Source of the DNA: Oscillospiraceae bacterium
GTDB taxonomy: Bacteria; Bacillota; Clostridia; Oscillospirales; Oscillospiraceae
DNA: 42,366 nucleotides
Direction of reading: 5' to 3'
Assembly (NCBI GenBank): GCA_036647315.1
Contig: JAVXKN010000001.1
Coordinates: forward strand, 1-42,366
Shown here: positions 34,099-41,858 of the stretch, piece by piece
How positions within the stretch are numbered: the first letter of the stretch is position 1
How the letters are laid out: the number at the start of each line of letters is the position of its first letter
The notes under the pieces: model-generated
Seen by the model: the letters and a program-made list of their open reading frames with translations, nothing else
Database searches by the model: none
Told to the model about the DNA's origin: nothing
Made by a program: the position numbers and the translations under genes

Positions 34099-34374
34099 AT
34101 GTCTAAGGAAGCTTTGGGTATGATTGAGACTCGCGGTCTCACAGCAGCTATCGAGGCAGCAGATGCCATGACAAAAGCAGCAGAGGTCACCCTGGTAGGC
34201 ACAGAGAAAATCGGCAGCGGTCTTGTTACCGTCATGGTCCGCGGCGACGTGGGCGCAGTGAAGGCAGCCGTTGAGGCCGGTTCCGCAGCGGCAGGCCGTC
34301 TGGGCGAGCTGGTTGCAGCCCATGTCATTCCCCGTCCCCATAACGATGTGGAGAAAATCCTGCCCAAAATCTAA
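34099..34374 (+). CDS. pduA: BMC-H shell protein, canonical PduA/PduJ type
   Basis: [61 protein letters not shown]...HVIPRPH. ATG at 34099 with a GGAGG RBS. The track ORF from 34033 is over-extended. Confidence 0.92.
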   Translation: MSKEALGMIETRGLTAAIEAADAMTKAAEVTLVGTEKIGSGLVTVMVRGDVGAVKAAVEAGSAAAGRLGELVAAHVIPRPHNDVEKILPKI

Positions 34375-34393
34375 GAGTTCGAGGTAAATACAT

Positions 34394-34678
34394 ATGGGCA
34401 AGTCTTACGGTTTCATTGAAATACCGGGCGTTGCTGCCGCAGTGGATGCACTGGATATCATGTGCAAAGCCGCGGATGTATCGCTGGCTACATGGGAGCG
34501 CAAGCTGGGCGGGCGTCTTGTAACGCTGGTGGTAGAGGGCAATGTGTCGGCAGTGACCCAATCGGTGGAGGCCGCCGTACACAACGCTATCAAAAAGCCG
34601 GTGAACAGCGGTGTCATCGCCAATCCGCATGCGGAAATTGTGCGTTTGATTGGCCTAAGTGCCAGCCGATTTATGTAA
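34394..34678 (+). CDS. BMC-H shell protein, divergent paralog with a basic pore loop
   Basis: BMC domain ([27 protein letters not shown]...[13 protein letters not shown]...VIANPH). The pore loop is W-E-R-K-L-G-G-R. Confidence 0.85.
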   Translation: MGKSYGFIEIPGVAAAVDALDIMCKAADVSLATWERKLGGRLVTLVVEGNVSAVTQSVEAAVHNAIKKPVNSGVIANPHAEIVRLIGLSASRFM

Positions 34679-34791
34679 AAAGGCAGGGAAAAAACATGGA
34701 AACAAAGAATCAAAAAACTGAGAGTTCCAAAGCGGCAGTGATTGCGGCACCCGTCGCGGCACCCGCTGAAATTAAAAAGGAGGAAAAGAAA

Positions 34792-35070
34792 ATGGCATTA
34801 GAAGCACTTGGTATGGTAGAAACCAGAGGTCTTGTCGCGGCAATCGAGGCCGCCGACGCAATGTGCAAAGCAGCAAACGTCACCTTAGTAGGCACCGAGA
34901 AGATCGGTAGCGGTCTTGTCACCGTCATGGTTCGCGGCGATGTGGGGGCTGTCAAGGCCTCCGTAGAAGCCGGTTCCACCAGCGCAGGCCGTCTGGGCGA
35001 GCTGGTTGCAACCCATGTGATTCCCAGACCCCACACCGATGTGGAGCTCATTCTCCCCAAATCTAAATAA
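34792..35070 (+). CDS. pduA: BMC-H shell protein, canonical PduA/PduJ type (second copy; possible longer isoform from the ATG at 34696)
   Basis: [61 protein letters not shown]...HVIPRPH. A strong AAAGGAGG RBS at 34776-34783 lies 8 nt before the ATG at 34792. An in-frame ATG at 34696 would add 32 aa. Confidence 0.9.
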   Translation: MALEALGMVETRGLVAAIEAADAMCKAANVTLVGTEKIGSGLVTVMVRGDVGAVKASVEAGSTSAGRLGELVATHVIPRPHTDVELILPKSK

Positions 35071-35095
35071 GCAGAGTCAAAAGTAGCTACTTTTG

Positions 35096-35129
35096 TTGCC
35101 CCACCCGCCCTTGCGGGCGGGTGGGGCAA
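35096..35129 (+). terminator. Strong intra-operon stem-loop (candidate attenuating terminator or mRNA stabiliser) after the shell gene block
   Basis: 15-bp perfect stem TTGCCCCACCCGCCC/GGGCGGGTGGGGCAA (12 G:C pairs) with a TTGC loop. It is followed by the interrupted T tract TCTCTATTTCT and flanked by two further hairpins. Confidence 0.45.
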
Positions 35130-35184
35130 TCTCTATTTCTAAAAGGTCGGCAGAGCAAAGGCCGACAGGAAAGCGGGTGGCACC

Positions 35185-35832
35185 GTGGAAACCCAAAAGA
35201 TTGAATACATCACCAAGCTGGTGGTAGATGCGCTGAGTGCGGCGCAACAGACCCCCGGTCAGCGGGATCAGGTCCCTGTGGGCGTGTCGGCACGGCACAT
35301 CCATTTGACACAGCAGTGCGTGGAGACTCTGTTTGGTGCGGGGCACCAATTAACCAAGAAAAAAGAGCTTATGGGCGGGCAGTTTGCCTGTGAGGAAACC
35401 GTTACACTGGTCAGCCCTAAGATGAAAATAATGGAGCGGGTGCGGGTGCTGGGCCCCTTGCGGAAAGCGGCTCAAGTGGAGATTTCCTCCACCGACGCTA
35501 TGAAGCTGGGTATGCAGGTCCCCCTGCGGGAGTCCGGCGACATTGCCGGCAGTCCCGCCATCACCGTGGTAGGCCCCAAGGGCACCGTGGTGCTCCCGGA
35601 GGGCTGCATCGTGGCAGCGCGGCACATCCATATGTCCACAGAGGACGCAAAACAGTTCGGTGTGACAGACGGGCAGATTGTGTCCGTCCGTACCGGCGGC
35701 AGCCGCGCCACCCTCTATGGGGCGGTTAAAATTCGCGTAGATCCCAGCTTTACGCTGGAAATGCATATCGACACGGACGAGGCAGGTGCCGCTGGCATCA
35801 AAAACGGTGACTGCGTCACCCTAGTGAAATAG
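35185..35832 (+). CDS. pduL: Phosphate propanoyltransferase (PduL family) with an N-terminal encapsulation peptide
   Basis: Duplicated PduL motifs (VGVSARHIHL, AARHIHMS, MHIDTDEA). The N-terminal helix IEYITKLVVDAL precedes a Pro/Gln linker. GTG start at 35185. Confidence 0.9.
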   Translation: METQKIEYITKLVVDALSAAQQTPGQRDQVPVGVSARHIHLTQQCVETLFGAGHQLTKKKELMGGQFACEETVTLVSPKMKIMERVRVLGPLRKAAQVEISSTDAMKLGMQVPLRESGDIAGSPAITVVGPKGTVVLPEGCIVAARHIHMSTEDAKQFGVTDGQIVSVRTGGSRATLYGAVKIRVDPSFTLEMHIDTDEAGAAGIKNGDCVTLVK

Positions 35833-35841
35833 GAGGCAGCT

Positions 35842-36114
35842 ATGATTGTAGGTAAGGTAGTAGGCAGTGTGGTTTCCACACGGAAAAGCGACCGCCTGGT
35901 GGGCAACAAGTTTATGATTGTGGAGCCTGTGGAGAGTATGCGCATGAGCGGCAGTGCCCGTCTGGTAGCAGTGGACGACGTGGGTGCCGGCGTAGGCGAA
36001 TTGGTGCTGGTGACATTGGGCAGCGGTGCCCGTATCGGCTGCGGCAAAGAAGATGTGCCCATTGATGCCGCCATCGTGGGTATCGTGGATCAAGACTGCA
36101 ATAGCTTTTCGTAG
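35842..36114 (+). CDS. pduN: BMC-P pentameric vertex protein (EutN/CcmL/PduN family)
   Basis: MIVGKVVGSVVSTRKSDRLVGNKFMIVEPV...AIVGIVD, 90 aa, a typical EutN/CcmL fold sequence. Confidence 0.9.
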   Translation: MIVGKVVGSVVSTRKSDRLVGNKFMIVEPVESMRMSGSARLVAVDDVGAGVGELVLVTLGSGARIGCGKEDVPIDAAIVGIVDQDCNSFS

Positions 36115-36126
36115 GTGTGTGAAATA

Positions 36127-37473
36127 ATGGAACTGAAAGAGTTGCGTTCCGTAGTGCAAAACAGTGGTGTGGTGGGTGCCGGCGGTGCCGGATTCCCCAC
36201 CTACCAAAAATTTGATGAGCGAGCCAGTACCATTTTGCTCAACTGCGCCGAGTGTGAGCCGCTCCTAAAGCTGCATCAGCAGCTTTTAGAGCAGCATACC
36301 CCCGAAATTTTACGCGCTCTGGACATGGTAGCCCAAACCCTGGGTGTCCATGAAATTTTCATCTGCGTCAAATCGGAATATGAGAGTACCGTCCAGGCGG
36401 TCAACCAGTGTCTGGGCGGTTTCCCCGAGATGCAGCTCAAGCAGTTGGGCAGCGTCTATCCCACCGGCGACGAGGTGGTGCTTATCTACGAGGCCACCGG
36501 CCGTGTGGTGCGTCCCGGTGGACTGCCCATCGAGGTGGGTGCCCTTGTTTTTAACGTAGAGACTATGTACAATATTTACCGTGCCGTCTACGAGAAAAAG
36601 CCGGTGACGGAAAAGTTGGTGACTGTGGTGGGGGAGGTCAAAAACCCCATCACCCTGCGGGTGCCTATCGGCACTCCGCTGGAGGATTTGATGAGACTTG
36701 CCGGCGGTGCCACGGTGGAAAATCCCGCCTATCTGGTGGGCGGTCCCATGATGGGCCGTCTGGGCAACGGCAAGCAGCCGGTGACTAAAACCACCAACGC
36801 CCTTCTGGTGCTCCCTCAAGACCATCAGCTGGTGCGGAGCCGTCAGGCAAATCCCGCTATCCAGCTTAAACGCGCCGCGTCGGCGTGCTGTCAGTGTCAG
36901 GTCTGCACAGACCTGTGCCCCCGCCACGCTTTGGGCCATCCCATCCAGCCCCACCTCTTTATGCGCGCGGCGGCAAACAACGACTTTAGAGATCAAAATG
37001 TCTTTTTGAACACCATGTTCTGCTGTGGCTGCTCGGTCTGCGAAAAATACGCCTGTCCCCAGAGCCTGTCGCCCGCCTCCCTGATTGGGAACTACAAAGC
37101 GGGCCTGCGGAAAGCGGGAGTGGCGGTGCCCAAGGACGTGGAAAGCGACCCGGTTTCTACTATGCGCCCCTACCGCACCGTCCCGGAAAAGCGGCTGGCC
37201 GCCCGTATCGGCCTGGCGCATTACCCCGACAAGGCCCCCATGGACGAGACCACAGTATCCGTCCGGCGGGTAAAGATTCTCTTTAGTCAGCACATCGGTG
37301 CTCCGGCAAAGCCGATGGTCGCACAGGGCGACCGGGTGTCCGCAGGTGATATGATTGCGGCGGCGGGGCAGGGATTGAGTGTTGCCATCCACGCGTCCAT
37401 CACCGGAAAAGTCTTGGAAGTCAACGAAAGTTTTGCAATTTTAGAATGTGAGAATGGAGGGACAGAAGCATGA
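36127..37473 (+). CDS. pduS: PduS-like Fe-S flavoprotein (RnfC/NADH dehydrogenase 51-kDa-like domain, SLBB, 2x[4Fe-4S])
   Basis: GVVGAGGAGFPTYQK nucleotide/FMN-binding N-terminus and two ferredoxin motifs (CCQCQVCTDLCP, CCGCSVCEKYACP). ATG at 36127. The stop overlaps the pduT start (ATGA at 37470-37473). Confidence 0.8.
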   Translation: MELKELRSVVQNSGVVGAGGAGFPTYQKFDERASTILLNCAECEPLLKLHQQLLEQHTPEILRALDMVAQTLGVHEIFICVKSEYESTVQAVNQCLGGFPEMQLKQLGSVYPTGDEVVLIYEATGRVVRPGGLPIEVGALVFNVETMYNIYRAVYEKKPVTEKLVTVVGEVKNPITLRVPIGTPLEDLMRLAGGATVENPAYLVGGPMMGRLGNGKQPVTKTTNALLVLPQDHQLVRSRQANPAIQLKRAASACCQCQVCTDLCPRHALGHPIQPHLFMRAAANNDFRDQNVFLNTMFCCGCSVCEKYACPQSLSPASLIGNYKAGLRKAGVAVPKDVESDPVSTMRPYRTVPEKRLAARIGLAHYPDKAPMDETTVSVRRVKILFSQHIGAPAKPMVAQGDRVSAGDMIAAAGQGLSVAIHASITGKVLEVNESFAILECENGGTEA

Positions 37474-38018
37474 GTAGAGCGATTGGAATGATTGAATACA
37501 AAACTGTCTCCTCCGGCATTGCGGCGGCAGACCGCATGGTGAAGGCCGCCAACATCGAACTCATTGAGGGCCAGACTGTTTGCCCCGGCAAATACATCGC
37601 GCTCTTCGGCGGGGAACTCAGTGCCATCCAGACCGCCATTGATATTGCCGTCCACGGCGATGGGGAGCAGCTTATCAGCACCTTTGTCCTAGGCAACCCC
37701 CACGAGGATATTTTCCCCGCCATCTACGGCTCCACCCAGATTGAAAATGTGCGTGCTCTGGGCGTTTTGGAAACCTTCGACGCGGCCACCATCATTGTGG
37801 CGGCTGATTTGGCGGCCAAAACAGCGGAGGTGCGGCTCATTGAACTGCGTATCGCCAAGGGGATGTGCGGCAAGTCCTACATGATGCTCACCGGCGAGGT
37901 TGCGGCGGTACAGGCCGCCATCGACAGAGCCAAGCAGGGTGCCGGCGAAAACGGGATGTATTTGGACTCCACGGTGATTGCCCAGCCTGATATGCAAATC
38001 TGCAAATCCATTCTATAA
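37470..38018 (+). CDS. pduT: BMC-T tandem-domain shell protein (PduT type) with a pore Cys
   Basis: Two BMC domains (AIGMIEYKTVSSGIAAADRMVKAANIEL ... ALGVLETFDAATIIVAADLAAKTAEVRL). A CPGKY motif sits at the position of the PduT [4Fe-4S] ligand. Confidence 0.85.
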   Translation: MSRAIGMIEYKTVSSGIAAADRMVKAANIELIEGQTVCPGKYIALFGGELSAIQTAIDIAVHGDGEQLISTFVLGNPHEDIFPAIYGSTQIENVRALGVLETFDAATIIVAADLAAKTAEVRLIELRIAKGMCGKSYMMLTGEVAAVQAAIDRAKQGAGENGMYLDSTVIAQPDMQICKSIL

Positions 38019-38035
38019 AGAAGGCGGGTGATACC

Positions 38036-38800
38036 ATGTTGGCACAGGAAAGACGCAATCTGATTCTCGAACAGCTGCAGCAGGAGAAAAGCGTGGTGGT
38101 GGCAGAACTCAGCAAGCACTACGACGTGTCAGAGGAGACCATCCGCCGTGATTTAGACCGGCTGGAAAAGGACGGCTTCGCCATCAAAAGCTACGGCGGT
38201 GCGGTGATTAACGAGAGTGTCAGCATTGATATGCCCTTCAATATTCGGAAAAAGAGCAATACCGCCGGGAAACGTAAAATCGGAGAGTTGGCGGCCCATC
38301 TGGTGAATAACGGCGACCATGTGATTTTGGATGCCAGCAGCACCGCGGTCTTTATCGCCAAGGCACTCAAATCCAAGAAAAACCTCACCATTATCACCAA
38401 CTCCATCGAAATCATGATAGAGCTGGCCGATATGCCGGACTGGCACATCATCGCCCCCGCAGGGAGCTTGAAGATGGGCTATCTGGCACTGGTAGGCCCT
38501 CGTGTGGTGGAGAGCATCCAGCAGTACAATGTGGAAAAAGCGTTTATCTCCTGTAAAGGGATTCACCTTGCCAACGGTGTCACCGACACCAATGAGGACT
38601 TTGCCCAGGCAAAGCATGTGATGCTCCACCATGCCAAGGATAAAATCTTGGCGGTGGACAGCTCCAAATTCGGCAGAATCGCCTTCGCCCGCATTGCGGA
38701 GACAGACGGGGTGGACATTATCGTCACCGATATGAAACCCCAGCAAGAATGGCTGGATTATTTCGCGGAACACGACATGAAATGTTATTACCCGGAGTAA
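38036..38800 (+). CDS. DeoR/GlpR family transcriptional regulator (FucR-like by context)
   Basis: N-terminal HTH (RRNLILEQLQQEKSVVVAELSKHYDVSEETIRRDLDRLEKDG) and a C-terminal DeoR sugar-phosphate-binding domain. It starts 17 nt after pduT and is the last gene before the terminator. Confidence 0.9.
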   Translation: MLAQERRNLILEQLQQEKSVVVAELSKHYDVSEETIRRDLDRLEKDGFAIKSYGGAVINESVSIDMPFNIRKKSNTAGKRKIGELAAHLVNNGDHVILDASSTAVFIAKALKSKKNLTIITNSIEIMIELADMPDWHIIAPAGSLKMGYLALVGPRVVESIQQYNVEKAFISCKGIHLANGVTDTNEDFAQAKHVMLHHAKDKILAVDSSKFGRIAFARIAETDGVDIIVTDMKPQQEWLDYFAEHDMKCYYPE

Positions 38801-38816
38801 CACGATAGAAACTGCA

Positions 38817-38861
38817 AACATCCCCACAGCGCAAGAAAATGCGCTGTGGGGATGTTTTTTT
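38817..38861 (+). terminator. Rho-independent terminator of the GRM operon
   Basis: Stem AAACATCCCCACAGCGC/GCGCTGTGGGGATGTTT with an 8-nt loop, followed by a T run ending at 38861. Confidence 0.9.
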
Positions 38862-38867
38862 ATCCAC

Positions 38868-38918
38868 AAAAAAGCATCCCCGGACACTGCAACGGTTGCA
38901 GTGCTCGGGGATGCTTTT
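38868..38918 (-). terminator. Rho-independent terminator of the NlpC/P60 gene
   Basis: A long imperfect hairpin (GCATCCCCGGACACTGCAA / TTGCAGTGCTCGGGGATGC). On the minus strand it is followed by a T run (complement of the A run at 38868-38873). Confidence 0.8.
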
Positions 38919-38929
38919 CAAATTTCAAA

Positions 38930-39877
38930 TTAACCGATGCGGCGACCGCCCACAAAGTACCCGCCGTACCAGCTGGTGTAAATGCTGTCTGTGGTGACGG
39001 TGCCACCCACGGTTGAGGCGTGGATAAACTGGCCGCCGCCGATGTAAATGCCCACATGGGAGGTGATGTTGCCGCCGCTGTAAGCGGGGTTGCAGATGAA
39101 GAACAAATCGCCGGGCTGCAGTTCGTTCATGCTGTTCACCGGGGTGCCGTAGTTGCGGAACTGGGTGCTGGAGCCGCCGTTCAGGCTGTAGCCCAGCTGC
39201 TTGTAGACGTAATAGACAAAGCCGGAGCAATCGAAGGCATTGGGACCCTTGGCACCGGAGACATAGGGCTTGCCAATCTGCTGCTTTGCGATGGCGACAG
39301 CCTGAGCACCCAGCGTAGAGGCGGCCTCTGCGGCAGCTTTCTTGGATTTTGCCTCCAGACCCTTGCCGTCGTTGCGGGCACCGGTCTCATCTTTGGAAAG
39401 GCGAATATAGTCGCTGCTGACGTAGCCGGTGTTACCATTGTACACAACCCTGTACCAACCGTTGGTGATGCCGGTGATTTTCAGCGCGGTATAGGCGGGG
39501 ATGGAATCCAGCAGGGCAGAGGCTGTGCCGACACCGGCGCGGAGGTTGAGGGATACGCCGTCGGTGTCCACAACGCCCCAACCCAGAGGGGCCTCCATGG
39601 AGAGGGTGGCGTTTAAGTAGTCGGCGGACATGTAGCCTACCAGCGTTTTGTAATCCACTTTGAACCAGCCGTTCACGGCCTGTTCCAGCACCACCACCGC
39701 GGCATCTTTGGGCGCTGTGGCGAGAATGTCGGAGTTGCCGTCTGCGGAGGCCCGTAGACGGAGTGCGTCAGCATTCACGGTGCCGCCGCCGTAAACGGCA
39801 AAGGCACTGAGGACGCACATGGCACAGAGGGCGGCGGCGACAAGCCCGATTCTGAACAATTTGGTAGTCAGTCTCAT
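38930..39877 (-). CDS. Secreted NlpC/P60 family peptidoglycan hydrolase with N-terminal SH3b repeats
   Basis: Signal peptide, two or three SH3b-like repeats (LNLRAGVGTASALLDSIPAYTALKITGITNGWYRVVYNGNTGYVSSDYI) and a C-terminal NlpC/P60 domain with catalytic FDCSGFVYYVY and a downstream His. Confidence 0.85.
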   Translation of the reverse strand: MRLTTKLFRIGLVAAALCAMCVLSAFAVYGGGTVNADALRLRASADGNSDILATAPKDAAVVVLEQAVNGWFKVDYKTLVGYMSADYLNATLSMEAPLGWGVVDTDGVSLNLRAGVGTASALLDSIPAYTALKITGITNGWYRVVYNGNTGYVSSDYIRLSKDETGARNDGKGLEAKSKKAAAEAASTLGAQAVAIAKQQIGKPYVSGAKGPNAFDCSGFVYYVYKQLGYSLNGGSSTQFRNYGTPVNSMNELQPGDLFFICNPAYSGGNITSHVGIYIGGGQFIHASTVGGTVTTDSIYTSWYGGYFVGGRRIG

Positions 39878-39926
39878 GGGTAGGACCTCCGAAAAATAGT
39901 TTGTGTGGTGAGTGTCGTGGAAAAGC

Positions 39927-40217
39927 TTACTTGCCGGAAAGTGCGCGTTCCAGCCAGATTGCGCCGATATCCATGGCGGCGTACAGGCTGTCCTTCTCGC
40001 TCTTTTTCACCACGCGGTCGCGGCTTTTCAGGTCCGGGTCGGTGAACTGCAGCTGAATGGCTACCTTAGTGGCAACATCCATGTCCTGTACCTTTTTGCT
40101 ATCTAAGATGGTCAGCATGATGATATACTTGTCCGCCATGCTGCCGTAATAAATGAGATTGTCCTTCCGGCGAAGGGGGTGACCCTTATAGGTCAGTGGA
40201 ATGTTCTCGTCTGCCAT
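39927..40217 (-). CDS. Hypothetical small protein (96 aa)
   Basis: An ORF with a GGAGGT RBS upstream of the ATG at 40217. I recognise no family. Confidence 0.4.
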   Translation of the reverse strand: MADENIPLTYKGHPLRRKDNLIYYGSMADKYIIMLTILDSKKVQDMDVATKVAIQLQFTDPDLKSRDRVVKKSEKDSLYAAMDIGAIWLERALSGK

Positions 40218-40296
40218 GTGGCACCTCCAAAAAGTTTGTAACCAAATTGTAACACATTGGAACCCTTATGTCAAATAGTTTCACCACTTATTTTCC

Positions 40297-41673
40297 TCAT
40301 TCTTTTGGGATTTTTGTCCAAAATGACGGAGTGTCACCCAGACAGTTTTTGGTGACTGCTGCCCGAAAAGTGTCCACCCAAAGTGTCGCAAAGCTGAGAA
40401 TCAGCGCGAGCAGCAGCAGGACTGCGCCCCAGCTCATGGGGTACACATAGCGGAGCAGCAAATAGGCACCGTACCCGCCCAGAGCCGCAATTTGGACACA
40501 GAGGGCGATGGGCAGCCGCCGCAATTTGACTGTGCAAAGCACCACGGTGAGCACCTCTGCCAGCATAAAATACCGCTCGTGCATATGGGGGAGAAAGAGG
40601 GGCACTCCGATGGCGAAAATCACCCCGGCGGTGAGGAGCATTTGGTTCGTCACCCGCTTGCGGACGCAGAATAAAAAGACCAGCACCGCCGCCACAACGA
40701 GAAACGCCGCGGCAATGCCCAGTTTTGCCAGCAGTTTTTCGTCCACCGGGGCACCGTAGGGAATCAGCGCGAAAATCGAGGGGGCGTTGAGGGTGAGAGC
40801 GGGGTAGGTGGAGGTCTGGTCGATATAGACGGACAAAATGTCCCACAGCGGCTTGCCCAACAGGAGCGCGGGCAGGATGGTGGCAAAGTACCCCACAGGA
40901 AAGAGGAGCAGATGGCGGAATTTCACCCGGCCCGCAAACCAAAAAGCGCACCACAGCGGCAGGAGAAAAATCGCCTGAAGCTTAAAGGAAAACGCCGCCG
41001 ACAACAGGAGCACCGAGGCCACCGGCTGATGCTTCATAGCGGCGGCCATGGCCAGCAGCACCAGTGCGGCATAAACGCTGTCGCACTGACCCCAGTAGGC
41101 CCCGTTTAACACCACGGTGGGGAGCAGGAGCAGGACGGAAAACACCGCAGCGGGGGCGTGGCTGTCCGGCTGACAGAGGGTTTTGGTGAGCCGCAGTCCG
41201 CCCCAGGCCAGCAGTACGTCAAAAAGAACGGAGAAAAGCTTGATGAGGTACAAATCCGGCACGCCAAAGTAGGAAATCAGTGCCATAAAGTAGAGGTAGG
41301 GGGCGTTGTAGTTGCCAACCGGCAGTTTCACCGCGGCAAAGCCGCCGTTATCCCGAAAAAATGCCGCCCACTGCGAGAGGAAATCCTTGTAGTCGTAGCT
41401 CTGGTAGTCCAAAAGAAAGACCCGCAAAAAGATGGCAAGGCCGATGGGGAGCAGGCACATGCACAGCGTCGAGGGTTCAAATCCCTCGTGGAACAGCAGT
41501 AGTACCGCCAGTCCCACTACAAACCCCAGTAGCAGCAGGACCGTCAGCCTGTCCCAAACGGTACCCAGAGTGAGTGTGGTGGTAGCCACAAGGCCCAGCA
41601 GCAAAAATAGCAGCCCGCCCCCGCAAAAGGAAAGGGCGAGCCAGGGCCGTGAGCCCAGATTGTGGGAGTCCAA
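40297..41673 (-). CDS. Polytopic membrane protein, GT-C-fold glycosyltransferase-like (Gpi18/mannosyltransferase-related)
   Basis: More than 10 predicted TM helices. The first loop carries an acidic/aromatic motif (LLDYQSYDYKDFLSQW) resembling GT-C family catalytic loops. Assignment is by resemblance only. Confidence 0.5.
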   Translation of the reverse strand: MDSHNLGSRPWLALSFCGGGLLFLLLGLVATTTLTLGTVWDRLTVLLLLGFVVGLAVLLLFHEGFEPSTLCMCLLPIGLAIFLRVFLLDYQSYDYKDFLSQWAAFFRDNGGFAAVKLPVGNYNAPYLYFMALISYFGVPDLYLIKLFSVLFDVLLAWGGLRLTKTLCQPDSHAPAAVFSVLLLLPTVVLNGAYWGQCDSVYAALVLLAMAAAMKHQPVASVLLLSAAFSFKLQAIFLLPLWCAFWFAGRVKFRHLLLFPVGYFATILPALLLGKPLWDILSVYIDQTSTYPALTLNAPSIFALIPYGAPVDEKLLAKLGIAAAFLVVAAVLVFLFCVRKRVTNQMLLTAGVIFAIGVPLFLPHMHERYFMLAEVLTVVLCTVKLRRLPIALCVQIAALGGYGAYLLLRYVYPMSWGAVLLLLALILSFATLWVDTFRAAVTKNCLGDTPSFWTKIPKE

Positions 41674-41773
41674 ACAAAGTCACCTCCATGACGCAAGTTC
41701 CATAATAAAATAAAGCACTTTTGCGGCTATTTGATTGTAGCTAATCGGATACTCCGTAGTGAAGTTATATCAT

Positions 41774-41816
41774 AAAAAAGCAAAAACATCAATCGGTGAA
41801 GATTGATGTTTTTTGC
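41774..41816 (-). terminator. Rho-independent terminator of the upstream (right-hand) membrane protein gene
   Basis: Stem GCAAAAACATCAATC/GATTGATGTTTTTTGC (41780-41794 / 41801-41816). On the minus strand it is followed by a T run (complement of 41774-41779). Confidence 0.8.
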
Positions 41817-41858
41817 GTTGAAGCCCATTTTTGAATGTTGGAGGAGCGGTTTAGAAAA

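Noticed and set aside
10600-38900. The fucose/GRM island as a recently acquired mobile element
   Set aside because: There is no integrase, transposase, tRNA gene, flanking direct repeat or obvious compositional break at either border. The flanks are ordinary convergent-gene terminators.
38817-38918. Two adjacent hairpins sharing CATCCCC/GGGGATG arms, considered as a REP-like or mobile repeat
   Set aside because: They are most simply the separate terminators of the convergent DeoR and NlpC/P60 genes. The shared 7-mer is short, and I saw no further copies in the window.
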